Shown here: piece by piece, positions 51,800-62,934 of the stretch
How the letters are laid out: the number at the start of each line of letters is the position of its first letter
Position numbering within the stretch: the stretch's first letter is position 1
Assembly: GCA_964406665.1 (NCBI GenBank)
Contig: CAYOSQ010000003.1
Location: 38,641 to 102,640 of the forward strand
Length of the DNA: 64,000 nt
Reading direction: 5' to 3'
DNA from: an uncultured Planctomycetia bacterium
GTDB lineage: Bacteria; Omnitrophota; Gorgyraeia; VGKH01; JBHPFN01
The notes under the pieces: generated by a model
What the model was told of the DNA's origin: nothing
Databases searched by the model: none
The model's input: the letters and a program-made list of their open reading frames with translations, nothing else
Position numbers and translations under genes: made by a program

Positions 51800-53972
51800 G
51801 ATAGTTGCTCAAGCGGTAATAAGAGGGGCTCAAAAAATTGCCAAAGAGGCTGAAGAAAAACTTTTTAAAGCTATTGAGGATAAGGGAGAATCACAAAAAA
51901 TCGAATTTCCCGAAACCGCATTTTATTTACCAATGGCCAATGCTCTTTTAGCCAAAGAGGCAAAAACTTTAAAAGATGCCAAAGAGATATTGGAACATGC
52001 AAAATCTTTAGTTCCTGAGGTGCCATCGGATAAGTTATGGCTTCCGTATTTAGGTCCGGTTTTAGATGCCGGGATTGCAACACTATTAAATGAAGAAATA
52101 ATAATGGTTTTGCGCTATCTTTACGGCGAGGAACCACAGGCTGATTGTAACGGATTCTTTACAGATACAATTTTACGTTCTTTGGGTATTCAATTGGTAG
52201 ATGGAAGAATGCCCGGGTTTGCGGCAATTTTAGGCGCTGCTCCAGATAATAAAGTAGCTGTTGAAATTGTCAGACAATTACAAGAGAGAAATATTCTTAT
52301 CTTTGCTGGAAGTTCAACTGGAGGGCGTTCCATTGTAGATCAGCTTAAAGAAGAGGGTGTTCAGATGGGCTGGGATAATTATATTGTTCCCTATGGAAGG
52401 GACACTTATTCTGGTATTTATCCTTTACATTGGGCAATAAGAGGAGCTTTGACTTTTGGTGGTGTAAAACCAGGTGAGGCAAAAAAATGTCTTATGTATT
52501 GCAAAGAACGTGTATTTGCTTTTGGTCTTACATTAGGAGAAGTTGACGATGTTAAGTATGCAACCGGAGCAGGTGCAATTGCTATGGGATTCCCTATAAT
52601 TGCTGATACTAATATTCCTGAAATTAAACCTTCAGGAATTACTATTTATGAAGCCCTGGTTAAGGAATTGGATCATAACAAAATTGTTCCTCGTTGTGTA
52701 GAAGTAAGAGGAGTAAAGGTAAAAGTATCTAAAATTCCTATTCCGGTTATGTATGGTGCAGCTTTTGAAGGAGAACGTGTTAGGAAGGAGAATCTGTACG
52801 CAGAATTCGGAGGTAAGGTTTCTACAGCAGTTGAATATTTACATAGCAGTGAATCAGAAGTGGAAGATGGAAAGGTAGAGTTAATTGGTCCGGGTATCGA
52901 GAACATTGAAACAAGCAGTAAAAGAAATATGCCTTTAGGCATCGAGGTGCTTGTATCAGGTAGAAAATTCAATAAAGACTTTGAGCCGATTCTTGAAAGA
53001 CAGCTGCACAAATATATAAACTGGGCCATGGGTCTTATGCATATAGGTCAGAGAGAAATGATTTGGATTCGCATCAATAAAGACGCTGCAGCAAAAGAGT
53101 TCAAGTTAAAACATATAGGTCTTATTCTGCATGCGATGTTACATCAGGAATACAGCGCTATTTTGGATAAAGTTCAGGTAAAAATTTATACTAAACAGGA
53201 AGATGTGGAAAAACTTTTAGCTGAAGCTAAGAAAACATTTGCAGAAAGAGATGAACGCTTAAGAGGAATGACTGATGAAAGCGTAGATACTTTTTATAGC
53301 TGTATGCTTTGTCAGTCTTTTGCGCCAAATCATGTTTGTATTATTTCTCCTGAGAGGTTGGGTTTATGCGGTGCTTATTCTTGGCTTGATGGAAAGGCCA
53401 GCTATGAGATTACACCCACAGGACCAAATCAACCTATCTCAAAAGGAGAAGCTCTAGATCCAAAAATGGGTATATGGAAAAATGTTAATGATTTCATAAA
53501 TCAAAAATCAAATAAAGCCGTTCAATCCGTTAGCATGTATTCTTTACTGACTGATCCGCAGACTTCTTGTGGTTGTTTCGAGTGCATCTTGGCAGTAATT
53601 CCAGAGGTTAATGGCGTAATGGTTGTAAATCGTGACCATTCAGGAATGACACCATGTGGCATGACGTTTACCACACTTGCAGGGTCTGTAGGTGGCGGTG
53701 TTCAGACTCCAGGATTTTTAGGAGTAGGTAAACTTTATCTTACTAGTAAAAAATTTATCTCTGCAGAAGGTGGACTTCAGAGGCTTGTTTGGATGCCTAA
53801 AGAATTGAAGGATATCTTAGGAGATAAGTTTGCTGAACGCTGCAAGGAAGCAGGTGGGGAAGGTTTTATTGACAAAATTGCCGATGACACTCAAGTTACA
53901 ACTAGTGAACAGCTTACTGAATTTTTAGAAAAGATAGATCATCCGGCTGTAAAAATGCCGTCTTTACTTTAG
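51792..53972 (+). CDS. acsB: Acetyl-CoA synthase subunit of CODH/ACS
   Basis: Start MSRIV at 51792 after AAGGAGGA; FPETAFYLP, LVDGRMPG, FEGER; A-cluster motifs CMLCQSFAPNHVC, GLCG, TSCGCFE. Confidence 0.96.
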   Translation: MSRIVAQAVIRGAQKIAKEAEEKLFKAIEDKGESQKIEFPETAFYLPMANALLAKEAKTLKDAKEILEHAKSLVPEVPSDKLWLPYLGPVLDAGIATLLNEEIIMVLRYLYGEEPQADCNGFFTDTILRSLGIQLVDGRMPGFAAILGAAPDNKVAVEIVRQLQERNILIFAGSSTGGRSIVDQLKEEGVQMGWDNYIVPYGRDTYSGIYPLHWAIRGALTFGGVKPGEAKKCLMYCKERVFAFGLTLGEVDDVKYATGAGAIAMGFPIIADTNIPEIKPSGITIYEALVKELDHNKIVPRCVEVRGVKVKVSKIPIPVMYGAAFEGERVRKENLYAEFGGKVSTAVEYLHSSESEVEDGKVELIGPGIENIETSSKRNMPLGIEVLVSGRKFNKDFEPILERQLHKYINWAMGLMHIGQREMIWIRINKDAAAKEFKLKHIGLILHAMLHQEYSAILDKVQVKIYTKQEDVEKLLAEAKKTFAERDERLRGMTDESVDTFYSCMLCQSFAPNHVCIISPERLGLCGAYSWLDGKASYEITPTGPNQPISKGEALDPKMGIWKNVNDFINQKSNKAVQSVSMYSLLTDPQTSCGCFECILAVIPEVNGVMVVNRDHSGMTPCGMTFTTLAGSVGGGVQTPGFLGVGKLYLTSKKFISAEGGLQRLVWMPKELKDILGDKFAERCKEAGGEGFIDKIADDTQVTTSEQLTEFLEKIDHPAVKMPSLL

Positions 53973-54017
53973 GTAAATATACTTAACTTCAATATTTTGA
54001 AATATTTAAAGTTTTTC

Positions 54018-54046
54018 TTGCAAAAATCGTATTTATGTATTATCTT
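54018..54046 (+). promoter_or_regulatory. Possible sigma70 promoter for TPR-polA operon
   Basis: TTGCAA, 17 bp spacer, TATCTT. Confidence 0.45.
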
Positions 54047-54064
54047 AATATCATAAGAGATCAA

Positions 54065-54874
54065 ATGAGGTTAAAAAGCTTATTTACTATAATTGCAGTT
54101 TTCTGCATTGCTCTTGTTTGTCAGCCTGCCTTTTCTCTCACCCTTGAAGAAGAAGCTAAATTTTATCGTGAAAAAGGCTATCAGGCTCAAACAGCAGGTC
54201 GCATTGATGATGCCATTTCTCATTATAAGACTTCTATTATCTTAGATCCTACAATTCCAGCTGTTTATAATGATTTAGGAATTGTTTATGAGATAAATGA
54301 AGCATTGGACTTGGCAGAAAGATGTTATTACAGGGCAATTACCGTGGATTCTAATTATTTGCCAGCTTATACTAATTTAGCATTCTTGTATGAGAAAGAA
54401 GCAGATGTGAGAAGGGCTGCGTTTTATTGGAAGAAGCGTATAGAATTAGGTGGCCCTGATGATCCTTGGGTTCAAAAGGCTCATGATAACTTAAGAAGGT
54501 TGGCTGAGCTCTCTTCTGAGTTAAAGAATGAACTTGAACAAGAAGCAATTGAGAAGCTCCAAGAAGATATGCTCCTGCGTAAGAAGGCCGAGAGTGAAAA
54601 AGTCGTCGAATTATCTGGGCGTCACATTGATAAAGGAAAAGATTATATGCAGAATCAAGTATTTAATCTTGCCAAAAAAGAATTTTATGCAGCATTACTA
54701 TTAACTCCCGATAACTCCGAAGCAATAGAATTATACAAGAAGGCCCAAAAGGAAGAAATTAATATTAAAGCAAGTCGCGGTATGGAACTTTATGAATCCG
54801 GAGATTCATATTCTGCGAGGCGTGAATTTGAAGGTCTGCTCTCCATTATCCCAGCAGAATCTGATCAAGAATAA
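54065..54874 (+). CDS. Exported TPR-repeat protein
   Basis: Signal peptide from ATG 54065 (MRLKSLF...AFS); TPRs (YNDLGIVYE, AYTNLAFLYE). Confidence 0.8.
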   Translation: MRLKSLFTIIAVFCIALVCQPAFSLTLEEEAKFYREKGYQAQTAGRIDDAISHYKTSIILDPTIPAVYNDLGIVYEINEALDLAERCYYRAITVDSNYLPAYTNLAFLYEKEADVRRAAFYWKKRIELGGPDDPWVQKAHDNLRRLAELSSELKNELEQEAIEKLQEDMLLRKKAESEKVVELSGRHIDKGKDYMQNQVFNLAKKEFYAALLLTPDNSEAIELYKKAQKEEINIKASRGMELYESGDSYSARREFEGLLSIIPAESDQE

Positions 54875-54922
54875 AATCTAAACTGAAACGATAATCTTGT
54901 TTGAATCAAAAAACCATCCGTA

Positions 54923-57505
54923 ATGTCAAAATCTAAGCTGTTTCTTATTGATGCTACATCTTTTTGTTATCGTGCATACTATGCCATAAAAGAACTTTCA
55001 ACTTCTTACGGGCAGCCTACAAATGCTGTTTATGGTTTTATTGTTATGCTTAAGAAGATATTAGATAAGCATAAGCCTGATTATGTTTGTGCCTGTTTTG
55101 ATGTTGGCAAAGATACTTTTAGGCAGAAACGTTACGCTGACTATAAGATCCATAGGCCTGCGATGCCTGATGGGCTTTCTGGGCAAATCCCTAAGATAAA
55201 AGAGGTGCTCTCAGCTTATAATATAGAGATTCTTGAGCTGGAAGGTTTTGAAGCAGATGATATTTTAGCAACTCTTGCTAACAAAGCATCAGGTGAAAAT
55301 ATTGAAGTGTTTATTATAAGTCCCGATAAGGATATTTTACAAGTTGTTGACAAAAATATTAAGCTTTTTAGCCCTCACAAAGAAGATAAGGTCTATGATT
55401 TGCAAGAAGTCAAAAAACGTTTTGGTGTAAGCCCGGATAAGATTCCCGATATTATGGGATTAATGGGTGACCCAACTGATAATATTCCCGGGGTGAAGGG
55501 AATTGGTGAGAAAACTGCTATTGAGCTGATTAAGAAATTCGGGACTCTGGAAAATGTTCTCAAGAATAAAGATAAGATTAATTCTGATAGAGTAAAAAGA
55601 CTTATTGAGGAGCAGAAGAAAGAAGCAATTATGAGTAAAGAGTTGGCAGTTTTAGATATTAATGTACCAGTTGATTTTAACGAAGAAACATTTAGATCTA
55701 CAAATCCAGATTATGATAAACTTTTTGAACTATTTAAAGAGCTTGAGTTTAAGAAACTTTTGAGCGAATTGCCAACAACCTCTTTTGAAACTGTAGCAGT
55801 AGAGTTAAGCAAGGTTGGTTCTGGAAAACAGTTAGACGACTTCCTCAAGCGTTATAACAAAAAAGGGTTAGAGTTTTCTTTGTTTTTAGAAGGTTTAGAT
55901 ATTGAGCTATCAGAAAGCAGTATTTCTTCTTTGTTTTTCTGTTGTGAACAGGGAAAGGTTGATGTTGTACCTGGCAAATATCTCAGTAAAATAAAAAGTA
56001 TTTTTGAAAGTAAAGATACAAAGAAAATAGTGCATAGTTTGAAGACGAGCTTTACCTTATTAGCAAAAGAAGGAATTCAAATTAAGGGTGAAATATTCGA
56101 TACTCAGCTAGCCGCGTATTTGCTAGATCCTGCTAAATTTAATAATGATATAGAAGATATTGTATGGGACTATTTGAAAGTTCCAACTCAGGAATCAAAT
56201 AAAGAAGTTAGTGCTTATGCTGATTCTTTATTTAAGCTTAAGCCGATTTTGATAAAAGACCTTAAAGATAAATCGCTTTATGAGCTATTTGTTAATGTAG
56301 AAGTGCCTTTGGCTGTTGTTCTTGCTCGCATGGAGATAAACGGTGTTAGTATAGATAAAAAAGTTTTGAAAGAGCTGTCTGTAATATTGGATAAGAGAAT
56401 TAATGAATTAATAAGTTCAATATATAAACAAGCTGGCGAGAACTTTAACATCAATTCACCTAAGCAGCTTTCGCATGTATTGTTTGAAAAACTTAAACTA
56501 CCAGTGATAAAGAAGACTAAAACAGGTTTTTCAACTGATGAAGAAGTTTTAAAAAAACTATCAGGCAAAAGTGAAATAGCAGCCGAGATTATTGAATATA
56601 GACAGTTAGTTAAATTAAAGACTACCTATGTTGATGTACTGCCTAAATTGGCTGATTCGGAAACAGGAAAAATTCACGCTTCTTTTAATCAAGCTGTTAC
56701 AGAAACCGGTCGTCTAAGTTCAAGTAATCCTAACTTGCAGAATATTCCTATTAGAACAGAGATGGGTAGGTTAATCAGAAAGGCATTTGTTGCCAGTAAA
56801 GGTGATTACTGTTTACTTTCTGCGGATTATTCACAAATTGAATTAAGGGTTCTGGCGCATTTATCAAAAGATGCTAGTCTTGCTAGCGCTTTCAAAAAAG
56901 ATGAAGATGTTCATCAGCTCACAGCTTCATTAATATACAACATTAAAAAAGATAAAGTAACAAAACCAATGCGCGAGGTTGCTAAGCGAGTAAATTTTGG
57001 TATTGTTTACGGAATGTCGAGCTACGGGCTTTCTAAGGACTTAAAAATTTCTCAGGAAGAGGCGCAGGTTTTTATTGATTCCTATTTTGCCAGGTATCCT
57101 AAGGTCAAAGATTTTATTGAGAAAGAAATTAAAAAAGCAGAAAAACAAGGTTTTGTTGCTACTTTACTAAACAGAAGAAGATATATTCCACAAATTAATA
57201 GCAAAAATTTTAGCATACGACAGCTTGCTCAAAGGCAGGCAATGAATACTCCCGTGCAGGGTTCTGCCGCCGATTTAATAAAGCTAGCAATGATAAAGAT
57301 TCAAGAAGCTTTTGATGAGAAAGAATTAAAATCAAAGATTATTTTGCAGGTTCACGATGAGCTTGTATTTGATGTCTATAAAAAAGAATTCGATTTGGTC
57401 ATACAACTAGTAAAAGATTTGATGGAGAATACGCTTAAGCTTTCTGTTCCTGTGAAGGTGGTTTTGTCAAAGGGCAAAAACTGGTTAGAGAAGGAGGGTG
57501 TGTGA
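54923..57505 (+). CDS. polA: DNA polymerase I
   Basis: 5'-3' exonuclease (EADD, GDPTDNIPGVKGIGEKTA); TGRLSS.NPNLQNIP, ADYSQIELR, NFGIVYG, QVHDEL. Confidence 0.98.
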   Translation: MSKSKLFLIDATSFCYRAYYAIKELSTSYGQPTNAVYGFIVMLKKILDKHKPDYVCACFDVGKDTFRQKRYADYKIHRPAMPDGLSGQIPKIKEVLSAYNIEILELEGFEADDILATLANKASGENIEVFIISPDKDILQVVDKNIKLFSPHKEDKVYDLQEVKKRFGVSPDKIPDIMGLMGDPTDNIPGVKGIGEKTAIELIKKFGTLENVLKNKDKINSDRVKRLIEEQKKEAIMSKELAVLDINVPVDFNEETFRSTNPDYDKLFELFKELEFKKLLSELPTTSFETVAVELSKVGSGKQLDDFLKRYNKKGLEFSLFLEGLDIELSESSISSLFFCCEQGKVDVVPGKYLSKIKSIFESKDTKKIVHSLKTSFTLLAKEGIQIKGEIFDTQLAAYLLDPAKFNNDIEDIVWDYLKVPTQESNKEVSAYADSLFKLKPILIKDLKDKSLYELFVNVEVPLAVVLARMEINGVSIDKKVLKELSVILDKRINELISSIYKQAGENFNINSPKQLSHVLFEKLKLPVIKKTKTGFSTDEEVLKKLSGKSEIAAEIIEYRQLVKLKTTYVDVLPKLADSETGKIHASFNQAVTETGRLSSSNPNLQNIPIRTEMGRLIRKAFVASKGDYCLLSADYSQIELRVLAHLSKDASLASAFKKDEDVHQLTASLIYNIKKDKVTKPMREVAKRVNFGIVYGMSSYGLSKDLKISQEEAQVFIDSYFARYPKVKDFIEKEIKKAEKQGFVATLLNRRRYIPQINSKNFSIRQLAQRQAMNTPVQGSAADLIKLAMIKIQEAFDEKELKSKIILQVHDELVFDVYKKEFDLVIQLVKDLMENTLKLSVPVKVVLSKGKNWLEKEGV

Positions 57506-58902
57506 AATTATTATTTTGTTCTTCTGAGATTGTACCATTTGCAAAAACAGGCGGGCTTGCAGATGTAGCAGGAGCACTGCCGGTTGCTCTTAAAAAACAA
57601 GGAGTAGATGTTATTGTCGCAATGCCTAAATACAAGGCAGTTGATGAATCTAAATTTCAACTGAAAAAGATTAATGAAAACGTTTATACATCTATCATAG
57701 CAGGTGATATACCTGTTTATTTTATTGAGAATAAGCACTTATTTGACCGAGAAGGCCTTTATGGCGATAGCAAGGGTGATTATAAAGATAATTTTGATAG
57801 ATTTAATTTTTATTGCAAAAAAACAATAGAACTTTTAAAAGAAATTGATTTTAAGCCGGATATCATACACTGTAATGATTGGCAGACTGGCTTAATCCCC
57901 ACATATTTAAAAACAATTTACAAAGATGACGATTTTTATCGGGGGATAAAAACTGTGTTTACCATACATAATCTTGCTTATCAGGGAGTTTTTGAGAAGA
58001 ACGAATTCCCTAAGCTTGGTCTTAGCTGGGATCTTTTTGATGTTAATGGATTAGAATTCTATGGAAAGTTAAGTTTTTTGAAAGCTGGACTCGAATTTGC
58101 TGATTTGATTAATACGGTAAGTCCTACTTATTCTCAGGAAATTCAAACAAAGGAATTTGGCTGTGGTCTTGAGGGTGTTTTGATAAAAAGAAAAGATATG
58201 CTTTTTGGAGTAATAAACGGGCTGGATTATAAGCTTTGGGATCCTGCCCAAGACAATTTAATTTTTGAAAAATATACTTCTGAAGATCTAAGGGGGAAAC
58301 TAAAGAATAAAATTGAACTGCAGAAATTCTGTGGTCTTTCAGAAAATAAAGACGCTGTGGTTCTGGGTTTTGTTGGAAGGCTTGCCGAGCAGAAGGGCAT
58401 AGATTTAATCGCTGGAACAATTAAAGACCTTGATAAATTGAAAATCCAGCTTGTAGTTTTAGGAACCGGAGATATGAAGTACCATAAACTTATGGAGAAA
58501 GCTGCTAAAAAATTCACCAAAAATGTTTCAGTGCACCTGAAATTTGACAACACTTTAGCTCATAGGATTTATGCAGGAAGTGATATGTTTCTTATGCCGT
58601 CTCGCTACGAACCCTGCGGATTGGGTCAGATGATTAGTTTCAAATATGGCACTATTCCCATAGTTCGTAAAACCGGTGGTTTAGCTGATACAGTCGTAGA
58701 TGCTGTAGCTTATAATAGCGATGGAAATGGTTTTGTTTTTGAGAATTGTAAATCAAAAGATTTCTTTAAGGCAGTAAAATCTGCCGTTACTTATTATAGA
58801 GATACTGGGCGTTGGCAGAAGCTTATGAAGCGCGTTATGTCATATGATTTTTCTTGGGATGAATCTGCAAGAAAATATTTAGAAATTTACAAAAAATGTT
58901 AA
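57502..58902 (+). CDS. glgA: Glycogen synthase (ADP-glucose type)
   Basis: PFAKTGGLADV, HCNDWQ, TIHNLAYQG, GRLAEQKG, PSRYEPCGLGQ, TGGLADTV. Confidence 0.96.
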   Translation: MKLLFCSSEIVPFAKTGGLADVAGALPVALKKQGVDVIVAMPKYKAVDESKFQLKKINENVYTSIIAGDIPVYFIENKHLFDREGLYGDSKGDYKDNFDRFNFYCKKTIELLKEIDFKPDIIHCNDWQTGLIPTYLKTIYKDDDFYRGIKTVFTIHNLAYQGVFEKNEFPKLGLSWDLFDVNGLEFYGKLSFLKAGLEFADLINTVSPTYSQEIQTKEFGCGLEGVLIKRKDMLFGVINGLDYKLWDPAQDNLIFEKYTSEDLRGKLKNKIELQKFCGLSENKDAVVLGFVGRLAEQKGIDLIAGTIKDLDKLKIQLVVLGTGDMKYHKLMEKAAKKFTKNVSVHLKFDNTLAHRIYAGSDMFLMPSRYEPCGLGQMISFKYGTIPIVRKTGGLADTVVDAVAYNSDGNGFVFENCKSKDFFKAVKSAVTYYRDTGRWQKLMKRVMSYDFSWDESARKYLEIYKKC

Positions 58903-59537
58903 TTGTCGGAATAACAGGCAGTTTTGGAACAGGCAAGACAACAGTTTCTAAAATATTTAGAAATTTTGGTGTGAAGGTAATTGATGCGGATAAGATCTCT
59001 CGGAATATTTTAAAACCAGGGACAAAAGCTTTTAGAGCTGTTGTGCGCAATTTTGGTAAAGAAATTCTTTTATCTGATAGAAATAAAATCGATAGAAAAA
59101 AACTTGCCGAAGTTGTTTTTGGGAATAAAGCAAAGGTTAAAAAGCTCTCAAGAATTATCCATCCCTTGGTAATAAAAGAGATGAAGAAAGAGGTAGCTCT
59201 TTACAGAAAGTTAAATAAGAAAATCGTTGTTATTGATGCACCGTTGTTAATAGAGGCTGATTTATTAAGTCTTGTTGATAAATTATTAGTTGTCAAAGTC
59301 AAAAATAATGTTCAGTTTAAAAGATTGCAAAGTAAGAGAGGTTTCAATAGTTCACAAATAGCAAAACGAATAAAAGCGCAGTTATCTATTAAGAAAAAGA
59401 TTAGCCTAGCGGATTATGTTATAGATAATTCCGGTTCGTTGACTAATACAAAAAAACAGGTTAAGAAAATTTGGGAAAACTTAAGGACTGATGTTAAAAT
59501 AATGAATTTTAACATAGGTACAAAAAAGGAGGAGTAA
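58896..59537 (+). CDS. coaE: Dephospho-CoA kinase
   Basis: [39 protein letters not shown]. Confidence 0.94.
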   Translation: MLIVGITGSFGTGKTTVSKIFRNFGVKVIDADKISRNILKPGTKAFRAVVRNFGKEILLSDRNKIDRKKLAEVVFGNKAKVKKLSRIIHPLVIKEMKKEVALYRKLNKKIVVIDAPLLIEADLLSLVDKLLVVKVKNNVQFKRLQSKRGFNSSQIAKRIKAQLSIKKKISLADYVIDNSGSLTNTKKQVKKIWENLRTDVKIMNFNIGTKKEE

Positions 59538-59538
59538 A

Positions 59539-60795
59539 GTGGCACAGATAGACATTGGACTTTTAAAGGACAAAAAAATCTCTGAGTTAAATAAGTTCGC
59601 CAAGGAGCTGGGGGTAAACGGATTAAGCGGGATAAAGAAGCAAGACTTAATCTTTAAAATTCTCCAGGCTAACGCGGAAAAAGAAGGGCTTATGTTTGGT
59701 GAGGGGGTGTTGGAGATATTGCCCGAGGGATTTGGATTCCTTAGATCTACTAACTATAATTATTTACCTTGTCCAGACGATATATATATATCACCTTCTC
59801 AAATTAGAAAGTTTAATCTTAAAACTGGAGATACGGTAAGTGGGCAGATTCGTCCTCCCAAAGAGGGAGAGAAATATTTTGCTCTTCTTAAAGTTGAGGC
59901 GGTGAATTTTGAGAATCCAGAAGCTTCTAAAGAGAAGATTCTTTTTGACAATCTTACACCACTATATCCTAAAGAAAGGCTGTTGCTTGAGACTACAGGG
60001 AAAGAAGTTTCTATGAGAGTTATGGATTTATTAACTCCATTAGGCAAAGGGCAGCGTGCTCTTATAGTGGCCCAGCCCTATAGTGGTAAAACAGTTTTGC
60101 TTCAGAAAATCGCAAATTCTATTACTGCGAATCATCCTGAAGTAAAGATTATAGTTCTTCTGATCGATGAGCGCCCTGAAGAAGTCACTGATATGCAAAG
60201 AGGAGTAAAGGGTGAGGTTATATCATCAACATTCGATGAACCCGCAGAAAGGCATGTTCAGATTGCTGAAGTGGTTCTTGAGAAGGCAAAGCGGTTAACT
60301 GAACACAAGAAAGACGTTGTTATTTTGCTTGATAGCATAACTAGACTAGCCAGGGCTTATAATGCCGTAGTTCCACATAGTGGAAAGATATTATCTGGTG
60401 GCGTGGATTCTAATGCATTGCATAAGCCTAAGAGATTTTTCGGTGCTGCGCGTGCTTTAGAAGAGGGCGGAAGCTTAACTATCATTGCCACCGCCTTGGT
60501 AGATACCGGAAGCCGTATGGATGAAGTTATTTTTGAAGAGTTTAAAGGAACGGGAAATATGGAGTTGCAGCTAGATCGTTCTTTGTTCCAGCGTAGGATT
60601 TATCCAGCGATAGACATTAAACGTTCAAACACTCGTCATGAAGAGCTGCTTATTGAAGAAAATGAATTGCAAAAAGTGTGGCTGATGAGGAAGGTTTTAA
60701 ATGAGCTTAATTCAGCCGAGGCAATGGAATTATTAATAGATAAGCTATCTAAGACTAAGACAAACGAGGAATTCCTTAACAATATGAATAAGTAA
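59539..60795 (+). CDS. rho: Transcription termination factor Rho
   Basis: [50 protein letters not shown]. Confidence 0.98.
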   Translation: MAQIDIGLLKDKKISELNKFAKELGVNGLSGIKKQDLIFKILQANAEKEGLMFGEGVLEILPEGFGFLRSTNYNYLPCPDDIYISPSQIRKFNLKTGDTVSGQIRPPKEGEKYFALLKVEAVNFENPEASKEKILFDNLTPLYPKERLLLETTGKEVSMRVMDLLTPLGKGQRALIVAQPYSGKTVLLQKIANSITANHPEVKIIVLLIDERPEEVTDMQRGVKGEVISSTFDEPAERHVQIAEVVLEKAKRLTEHKKDVVILLDSITRLARAYNAVVPHSGKILSGGVDSNALHKPKRFFGAARALEEGGSLTIIATALVDTGSRMDEVIFEEFKGTGNMELQLDRSLFQRRIYPAIDIKRSNTRHEELLIEENELQKVWLMRKVLNELNSAEAMELLIDKLSKTKTNEEFLNNMNK

Positions 60796-60844
60796 CACAT
60801 GTGAATATTAGGGTTAAGTTTTAAATAGGAAAAAAGGTTTTTTT

Positions 60845-60853
60845 TGGTATAAT
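60845..60853 (+). promoter_or_regulatory. Extended -10 element upstream of rpmE
   Basis: TGGTATAAT (TGn-TATAAT); RBS GGGAGG before 60878. Confidence 0.55.
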
Positions 60854-60877
60854 GTGTAAATAAAAAGGGAGGACAAA

Positions 60878-61078
60878 ATGAAAAAAGAAACACATCCAAA
60901 TTATAAAGAAACCACAATTACTTGTGCTTGTGGAGAAGTAATTCATACCAGATCTACAGGGCAGAATATCCGCGTGGAAATTTGTTCAAAGTGTCATCCG
61001 TTTTTTACGGGGCAACAAAAGATTGTTGATACCGCAGGACGAGTTGAGAAGTTCATGAAGCGCTATAAGAAAAAATAA
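60878..61078 (+). CDS. rpmE: 50S ribosomal protein L31 (Zn-binding type)
   Basis: [25 protein letters not shown]. Confidence 0.97.
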   Translation: MKKETHPNYKETTITCACGEVIHTRSTGQNIRVEICSKCHPFFTGQQKIVDTAGRVEKFMKRYKKK

Positions 61079-61090
61079 ACATTTTTAAAA

Positions 61091-62146
61091 ATGCACGAAG
61101 ATCTTAAGGCTACAGAAGAAAGATATAGGGAGCTTGAGAGGCTTTTAGCCGATCACGAGGTACTTTCTGATAAGAATCAGTATCAGCAATATGCTAAGGA
61201 ATTATCGTCAATTACTGAGCTGGTTAAAACTTATCGTGAATACAAAAGAATTTCTTCAGAAAAGAAAGGCTTAGAAGAGCTCTTATCTGAAAAACAGGGC
61301 GATAAGGATTTTCTCGAGTTAGCAAAAAAAGAAGTTGAGCAGCTAGGAGTCAAAGAAGAAGAATTGAATTCTACTATTGAAAAGTTGACCTGCGAAGAAG
61401 AAAAAGGTTTAGATAGAGACGTAATTGTTGAGATTCGTGCCGGTACCGGCGGTCTCGAGGCTAGTCTTTTTGCAGCTGATCTTTACAGGATGTATAATAA
61501 ATTTTCCTCAACAAATAATTGGAATGTTGAAGTAATGAATTCACATCCTACGGAAGCGGGAGGATTTAAAGAAGTCGTTTTCAGCATTAAGGGAAAAGAA
61601 GTTTATAGAAAGATGCGTTATGAAAGCGGAGTTCATCGTGTGCAAAGAGTTCCTGCAACTGAGGCATCTGGTAGAATTCATACTTCAACTGCAACAGTTG
61701 CCGTACTTGTTGAGCCCGAAGAAGTTGATTTTAAAATAGACCCTAAAGATTTAAAAATAGATGTATTCCGTTCATCCGGTCCTGGAGGTCAAAGTGTTAA
61801 CACAACCGATTCTGCTATTAGGATAACTTATCTTCCTACAGGTATGGTGGTTATTTGTCAGGATGAAAGGTCGCAGCTTAAAAATAAACATAAGGCCATG
61901 AGAGTTTTAAGGGCGCGCTTGTTAGATGAGGCTCAAAGAGCTGAGAAGTCAAAAATTACCGAGGAGAGAAGGTCTCAGATCGGCACGGGTGAGCGCTCAG
62001 AAAAAATACGCACTTATAATTTCCCTGATAGAAGAGTAACGGATCATAGAATAAATTTTACTATTCATAGATTAGAAGCAGTATTAGAAGGTAATCTTGA
62101 TGAAGTGGTTAATGCTTTGACAGAGGAAGATAAGAAAAGATCATGA
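61091..62146 (+). CDS. prfA: Peptide chain release factor 1
   Basis: [17 protein letters not shown] (PxT), GPGGQ, RTYNFP. Confidence 0.97.
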   Translation: MHEDLKATEERYRELERLLADHEVLSDKNQYQQYAKELSSITELVKTYREYKRISSEKKGLEELLSEKQGDKDFLELAKKEVEQLGVKEEELNSTIEKLTCEEEKGLDRDVIVEIRAGTGGLEASLFAADLYRMYNKFSSTNNWNVEVMNSHPTEAGGFKEVVFSIKGKEVYRKMRYESGVHRVQRVPATEASGRIHTSTATVAVLVEPEEVDFKIDPKDLKIDVFRSSGPGGQSVNTTDSAIRITYLPTGMVVICQDERSQLKNKHKAMRVLRARLLDEAQRAEKSKITEERRSQIGTGERSEKIRTYNFPDRRVTDHRINFTIHRLEAVLEGNLDEVVNALTEEDKKRS

Positions 62147-62928
62147 CAGAAATCGAACAGATGCTTACATCACTTCTAAGTTGCAAGAGGACTGATTTAT
62201 ATACTAAGGATATTACATTTAATAATGGTAAATTTAATCAGCTTTTAACCATGCTTAAACGTAGAGAAAATGGAGAACCTTTGCAATATATTTTAGGAGA
62301 AGCTGAATTTATGGGATTAGATTTTAAGGTTGATAAAAGAGTTCTTATTCCTCGTCCTGAAACTGAAATTATTACAGAGAAAGCAATTGAGCTAAGTAAG
62401 AATAATTCAATTTCTAAAATATTAGATCTTTGTACTGGTTGTGGGAATATCGCAGTAAGCCTTGTTTGTTCTTTGCCTAATGTTGAAGTCTTTGCTTCAG
62501 ATATCTCTGTTTCTGCGCTTAGTCTGGCAAAAAAGAATGCTCTCAGGCATAAAATGCAAAAGAAAATTAAATTTGTTCAGTCAGATTTGTTTAAGGCGTT
62601 TACTAAAAGAAATTCTCCAAAGTTTGATTTTATCGTTAGCAATCCTCCTTATGTAAGAAACGAAGAAATTGACACCTTGCAGAAAGAAGTCAGAAGAGAA
62701 CCGCGCATTGCTTTAGACGCCGGAGTTGATGGCCTTGATTTTTATAGAAGAATAATAAACAATGCCGCCTTGGTATTAAAAAAAGATGGTTTTGTTTTAC
62801 TCGAGATCGGTTTTGGACAAGTGCAACATATAAAGAAAATAGTGCTTTCATCAAAAAGGTTTATATTGCAAGAGATAATTAAAGATTATCGCAATATTGA
62901 CAGAGGTATTTTGTTAAAACTTAAATAG
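62143..62928 (+). CDS. prmC: Release factor glutamine methyltransferase
   Basis: [37 protein letters not shown]. Confidence 0.96.
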   Translation: MTEIEQMLTSLLSCKRTDLYTKDITFNNGKFNQLLTMLKRRENGEPLQYILGEAEFMGLDFKVDKRVLIPRPETEIITEKAIELSKNNSISKILDLCTGCGNIAVSLVCSLPNVEVFASDISVSALSLAKKNALRHKMQKKIKFVQSDLFKAFTKRNSPKFDFIVSNPPYVRNEEIDTLQKEVRREPRIALDAGVDGLDFYRRIINNAALVLKKDGFVLLEIGFGQVQHIKKIVLSSKRFILQEIIKDYRNIDRGILLKLK

Positions 62929-62934
62929 TTCATT

